DNA of 64,000 nucleotides from Perkinsus olseni (Eukaryota): NCBI GenBank assembly GCA_013115125.1, contig JABANN010000046.1, positions 1 to 64,000 of the forward strand, read 5' to 3'. Shown piece by piece: positions 58,290 to 64,000 of this stretch (position 1 is its first letter; each line of letters starts with the position of its first letter). The notes under the pieces were generated by a model. It saw only the letters and a program-made list of their open reading frames with translations, ran no database searches and was not told where the DNA came from. The position numbers and the translations under genes were made by a program.

Positions 58290-60766
58290 ATGTCGGCTCC
58301 CGGCGGCGCCCCGATCTCCAGCAAGCTAACTTCAGGGGACGTCTCGCGGCTCAAGGCTGCAATTGAAGCCGCGGAGACCGTTGATGAGATCACACGGCTT
58401 GAGCGTGTTCTACTCACTGGAAGAATGGACGATGTTGCAGACCTTCTCAGGAGAGAGGCCGGCAGAGGGGACGTGTTATCTTCTCTTTGGATGGAGGGGG
58501 GTGCAGACAAGAAAGAGAAGAGGTGCCTCGGGGGTCGATGATTAACTGGTGTTCGATCTCGATGCCCTGTAGATCTTCATCACGCGAGCAGCCTGCTGCG
58601 GAGTCGGCACATCGCGGTGTGCCTCCTCCCCTGGCTATGCCCCGACCAAAACGCCCAAGGCAGATGCCGCGGCACGTTCATGAAGTGCCACAGGAAGTAG
58701 TACTGCACTAGTAGAAGGGAGTCAGTGATTCTCTTGGCCTAGGTGCTCACGTGTCTTCACACTCGTCTGCTCATCCGAGCACGAGTCAGTGGCAGCTCTC
58801 GAGGACTCGAACCTGTGATCGATCCCGATGCGACCATTAAAGGCTGGGCTTCAACCCGAGGTGGGCGACTCAAAGTTGAGACAACAATCTACCTCCCTCA
58901 TCTTACGTGTGTTGCCTCGTCAGGTCTATCGCACGACTCGCCAGTGAAAGAAGACGTGACGGCTCCGCCAGCCGCAGCCCCTCACCGACGCGATGTGATC
59001 GCGATCGGCGTTGGAATGTGCTCTACTCTAGATCCGACTGACGGCAGGACTTTAGGTCGGGAGCTATGCCGAGTGGTCGTGAGGGACTACACTGAGGTGA
59101 TCTGGGGAGACCCGCCCTCGCCGTTCTTTCGCTATGAAGAAAGTATCTTACCTTCACCCTAGGACAAGAAACCTATCCTGGATATTAAGGTCAAGCCAAG
59201 TGGCCATGTAGCGGATATGCGGCCAGCATCGACTGGTGAGGAGCTCCCAATCTGATGGGAAATGCTCAGTCAAAATCTCAGGATTGGACTCGGTCGACGA
59301 GACCGCTGTGCCGGTTGCCGTCGCTCGTCAGAAGGTTATGGATCTCATGCACAGTGGAACGGTGGTCCTTTGCATGGTACCGGACGGCTGGGACGGCTTC
59401 TTCGGTTGGAGTCAATCGACGCTTGTATTCAGTCGATGTTACCAGCGAGGGCACTTGAGATTCGCCACGAGTGTTGGCTGCCGGTGAGCGGGAGGAAGCT
59501 ACTCTGGTGGGGATCGAACCCACGCCCTTTTCCTCGCCAGATGAGCCACTTGTTCGAGATAGACTCGTCACGAGTCAACAAAGACGAAATATATATGAAG
59601 CTGCCTTTGACGCATGAGCAACTCCACGCAGCCGTGCTGGGGACAGGCGACGCAAGGCTCGGCCGTCACCGAGGTGAGATCGTCTTTCTTCTTCTTCCCG
59701 GCGAGAACCGCTTCATCAGAGCCCATCATCACGGATCCTCTCCTGACTGAGACGCTGAATGTTGTCAACGTCGTCCAGGGAGCAGTGTCGATGGAATTGG
59801 GGAAAATGAGAAGTGAGCAAGATGGCGAAGAGGAAGAAGAGGCCAAAGCGTTAGAACTAACGCATGCACTGAAGATAGGGCCACCCCTAAGATCCAAGGA
59901 GATAGCGGTAAGTTCCTCCGCGCAATTCTTCGCCTGCTATAAACCTATTGGCAGGTCGAACATATCCCTTCGGAGTGGCGAGATCCAGAAATCTCCGCCC
60001 TCTTCCCGGACGCCTCCGCCGTCCATACCGTAACCTGGGAGCTTGAGCAGCCTGAGCCGCAGGTGAGGAGGCCTTGTGAAGATCCTAATCTCGGCCACCG
60101 TAGTGCTTCAGGGCGAGCTGGAGTGGCGGGGCCACTGCATGGTAGAATTCGCGAGCGCCAATGTGCGCAACAAGCAGTACTCCAATTTGAAAGGGTGAGC
60201 ATCTTGCTGGGGTGGTGATGTCATGAGGATTCCGAAACACCAAAGTTTCATTTCCAGCTTCGCCCTGTGCAACGTTCTAGCGTGAATTTTCGAATGAGGA
60301 AATTTTTGGTGGGACAGACTGCGTTGCCCTCCTATCACCATTCAGATGCACTGATGTGTTTGTCGGTTACGACTGGGAGGTGGCAGAGCAAGTGAACGAG
60401 GAGCTCCTGAAGCAGCTGGCCTCCGAGTTCGGCGTCGTCAATCACGCGAGGATTCCTGGCAAGTTCCGACCGCCCTTCACTAGGGATGACAAATCTCGAC
60501 CCTTTGGATTTGTATCTTTCGCGGACAGAGAAGATGCCGTTAAAATGGGTCGGAAGAAAAGCCTGCGCGCCCCAGGTAGGGAAAATCGCTTATGCACAAC
60601 TTCAGTGGCTGTGCATCGCTCCGCTCACATGAGAGCCATTTTTTCAGTCACTGGTGCTGGAGGGAGAGAGGTGCTACTGCGTCCAAAGCTGGGCAAACAT
60701 TTGGACGGTCCATTGAAGCGAATACCAGTGAAGATTGGTGACTACGTCGAGATTCACAAAACGTGA
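58290..60766 (+). CDS. Degenerate DEDDh (REX1/REXO5-like) exonuclease domain + C-terminal RRM protein, multi-exon
   Basis: VIAIGVGMCST...ELCRVVVRD...ILDIKVKPSGHVADMRPASTG mirrors ALDCEM...LARVSVVD...LD..VKP...V.DY.T..SG; RRM with VFVG and RPFGFVSFADREDAVK. Confidence 0.65.
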
Positions 60767-60840
60767 TTTTCCTACAGCGTCTTTGGGTTGCGTTGATACC
60801 CTCTGGAACGGCTCCCTCTCGAGGTTAATTTCCCATAATC

Positions 60841-61134
60841 ATGTCCTTACCCGCCCATTTCCCCATCGTTCGTCCCGGCTGCACCGAAACCTCTACTAGA
60901 TTTTTTGAATGCTTTAGAGAGGCCTGCCAGCCCGAAGGGAACGTCGAGAAGGCGCGTACGGCTGTCCAGCGCTGTGAGAGGGAACTGCAGGTGGAGACTC
61001 TCTTGCAAACTGTGCTTTACTCGGTCCGTCAGGAATACAACAAGTGCTTCGAGGAGAGCCTCAAGGGCCGCGCTCAGCCTGTGGTACTCACCACATGGGA
61101 ACAAGTGGAAGAGATGTTGAAGAGTGATGATTGA
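60841..61134 (+). CDS. Small twin-CX9C (CHCH-type) protein; intron 60991-61032
   Basis: C-TETSTRFFE-C and, after removing the 42-nt intron, C-ERELQEYNK-C. Confidence 0.75.
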   Translation: MSLPAHFPIVRPGCTETSTRFFECFREACQPEGNVEKARTAVQRCERELQVETLLQTVLYSVRQEYNKCFEESLKGRAQPVVLTTWEQVEEMLKSDD

Positions 61135-61399
61135 TGCATGTGCCATTGTGGCATCGTTTCCGCTCAACAGCTTGAATGTGGTTTGTAGAGGCCGAGAAAA
61201 CGGTGAATGGTGAGGAAGTGACCACGATAATGCTACTTTCTGTGCTCAATACATCAAGATACATCGGTGATAGTGTGCTTCCTAAGCGGGTATTCGGCGT
61301 TGGGCTTAAAACTCGCAGACACACGATAACGCGACTTCGAGTCAACTCAACTCAACTCACAAGACGACGACTTCCAAATGACATAAGTCATGATCATGA

Positions 61400-63200
61400 T
61401 TCACATTAGATTGTCTCGTCTTCATCTTCCTCTTTGATCTCCGGCCTCGAGGCTGCACGATACTCGATATGTTTGCAAGGTTTGAACTTCTTGCTAGCGT
61501 TGTACCCTTGGGGGTCGCATTTCCGCCTCGGAGTATACTAAGAGGGTCATGCGATGCCGCAGGTGCAGAGACTGCCAACTCACGCCTACCCTTGTGGTTC
61601 TTCCGTGATTGGTAGTCCGCTGAAGGAAACTTGACTCTCTGAGACAGGGACGTTACAACACTACCGCTTCGCCACTCGCTATCGCTAGAAGAAAGTTCGA
61701 CGGCACACTACAAGTTAGTAAGCACCCTGCGCAGTGAAATCAATCAAATCAAGACACATGGCGGTCGAATCAGAATGAAGACTGATGTCAATTCTCAGTG
61801 AGTTCGACGGGTCGAATGGTTGGACGTGGGAGAATGTCAGCTAGATCCTCACGGTAGGAAAACCGCGCCTGTTAGCACGGATCATAACGGCCACCACGCT
61901 GAAACACAACCACGGCCAATGTCTCACTTCTCAGCTCTCTTGAGCTCCTCGATCTTGTTGGGCGTGTTCCGCGGTGAGGGCTGTTCTTCACCATTACCGA
62001 AGGCGTGCCGCTTCACCTGACCAACACGAATAGCGGAGCGTAACAGGAGAAAACTCCCCTCACGGAGTCCCAAAGCTCTCGCCCGTTGTCGTCGACGTCC
62101 ACGGCGATCTTAACAGGCTGAAAAGCAATAAGCAGATCAGAGCGCACTCGCTCGAACTGATTGAAGCTACATGTTTTCTAACAGCAGCCGAGGCCCCTCG
62201 AGGTACAAATCGCAGCTCGGGGTTGATCGGAGGTGGTGCAGCCGGCACTTCAGTCTGACAAATCACAGCGGTGCGGCTCAACCATCGTAGCTGTGGGCCT
62301 ACCAGATGAGGAACGATGGCACTCAGGTCCAGACCGGAGTCAGTCTGCAGCTGCGTTTCCGACACCCGCTTCACCACCCTCGCAGACCCATCCACCTGAA
62401 CGCTACCAACTTTTCCGCATCACATAAGCCGATCGATTCACCTTATTATTCACTTCGAGCATGTAATCAGGAGTGTGTAAATCCTGTACCATAGCCTCAT
62501 ACCTGATGATGACGAAGCACTCCACCGCTCAAACTTAGCTCTCAATGTCCTCACCGTGGCCCTGGGTCCTGCAACATGAACCGCGAGAGAGCCCCAACCG
62601 GGAGCTTAGCAGACAAAACTTCATCTGGGATGGTCACTGGATACCTGCCGGGCAGCACTGACCCGCCGATCGGTTCACCGGACCAACTCTGGGTTCCATG
62701 TGAGGTCTGGCATCATGAACTTGATCTTAGCGGCGGTGCGGTAATTGTCGAACCTCGTGGCCGGCGGTTTCGCTTGCAGGCCGGCCCAGTCCACTTTATT
62801 CAACATGTTGAAGCTAGGCTTATCGTCATCCCACTGGAAAAGGACAGTCGAGAGGGATCCTGACTGTGTATGCTCACGTAAGCGTCATCTTCAGCGGCCA
62901 GTTTCGGAGGAGTTTCCTCTTCCAGTGGCGCGGCCGCCTCAATGGGGTACTCGGGCTGAGCAAAAACGTGCGCATCAACCGCCGGAGAGCGACAGCGCTA
63001 TCATCGATGATGGGCTTGCCTCTTCCTTCGCACGCCGACTCATAAGAGCCATCGTCGTCTGTCCCCAGTGAGAGGCTCCCAGGACTACTATCCAGCAGTA
63101 CCACAGAGGCTTGCATCGAATCATTGACCAGTGTGGTGGAAATTATGGTATTGGCTGGGAATATAAATCTTTTTTTTTCGATCACGCTCCTCTACCGGTC
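61400..63200 (-). CDS. Hypothetical multi-exon protein (limits approximate)
   Basis: Series of open exon-like blocks separated by short GT-AG segments on the minus strand; no domain recognised. Confidence 0.4.
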
Positions 63201-63602
63201 AGGGCTCGGCCGCTAATTGACGAACACAACACCCCTGACTGTAGGAAGTGTTACTCTACGTCGTAGTGACTATGATGATTATAAGAGTGGAAACGGCGAT
63301 GAGACAGAACTCCTGCTCTCATCGGGGATGCCCACGACGAATTCTAAATGGCTACTTCTACTACTGACGACCAAGATTAACGACGACGACGATGGTGGTG
63401 GTGGTTTTGGTGGTGGCAAGTGTAGCTTTCCCAACTGCAGCCTCCCTAGTTTCAAGAGTGTCAAGTGACTCTTGCAGGCAAACGATGATATATAATGGGA
63501 AAGACTTAGCTACATCGCGGGTGCCCGACGTCTGCTGATCCTTTTTCGCATTGGCCCTGGACTACCACCAGAGTGATTAGAAAATGCGTTGCATCTCACA
63601 GA

Positions 63603-64000
63603 GATGATCAGCAAGAAAATTGAGGCTACCTCTACTCAGGTTAGACGAGAGCGACTATTCGCATTCTGGCGCGCTAGGAGTCAGCGGCTTGACAACGAAA
63701 ATAATGGTACTACAATGATAGTCAATGATGACGAACAGGAGGAGGCAGCAGCAGCAGCAGCAGCAGCAGGGAGACCGAAAAACAGCAGAGTTGGGATGAG
63801 AAGCAACATGTACTTACTACGTGATTTGATAAGCACAGGAGTCAGTTGACAAGTGAGGAGGTACGAGACAGAATGAAAAAACGAGGACGAAGATCACCAG
63901 CAACATCAGGCACCGAGAGTGCCGCAGATTGAAGACCGATCGATAGAGTCGATGGTGGAGGCGGCTAGAGTTTCGCTGGAGATGGACTCTCTGCTGTCGA
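63603..64000 (+). CDS. Start of a hypothetical gene with a (GCA)8 poly-Ala run at 63745-63768; runs off the window
   Basis: Exon-like purine-rich blocks with probable introns; no domain recognised. Confidence 0.3.

Noticed and set aside
58630-58790. Apparent Cys/His zinc finger in the exonuclease gene
   Set aside because: It lies in a frame incompatible with the downstream exonuclease exons

Overview
Eukaryotic, gene-dense DNA with many 40-60 nt GT-AG introns. The gene content (RAP-domain protein, intronless aspartic protease, lineage-specific secreted families) points to an alveolate protist, most likely a Perkinsus-like parasite (inference). The left part (1-32 kb) holds transposon remnants, a tRNA-Ala(TGC), an isochorismatase/glutamine-synthetase-like fusion, a candidate TOM6-like micro-protein, a RAP+LRR protein, a frameshifted aspartic protease, an LZTR1-like Kelch-BTB gene, RPL27A, an RlmI-like methyltransferase and EMC1. 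From 33 to 57.4 kb lies a minus-strand, intronless tandem array of about 14 copies (7 intact) of an uncharacterised signal-peptide protein family, interrupted by a broken Merlin-type transposon, two MITEs and perfect hairpins. The right end has a degenerate exonuclease+RRM gene, a twin-CX9C protein and hypothetical genes. Most striking: about ten short spliceosomal introns in four unrelated genes carry or largely consist of tRNA 3'-half (T-arm/B-box) sequence, and one closely matches a free-standing tRNA-like element at 57.95 kb. Boundaries of multi-exon genes were worked out by eye and several starts are approximate.
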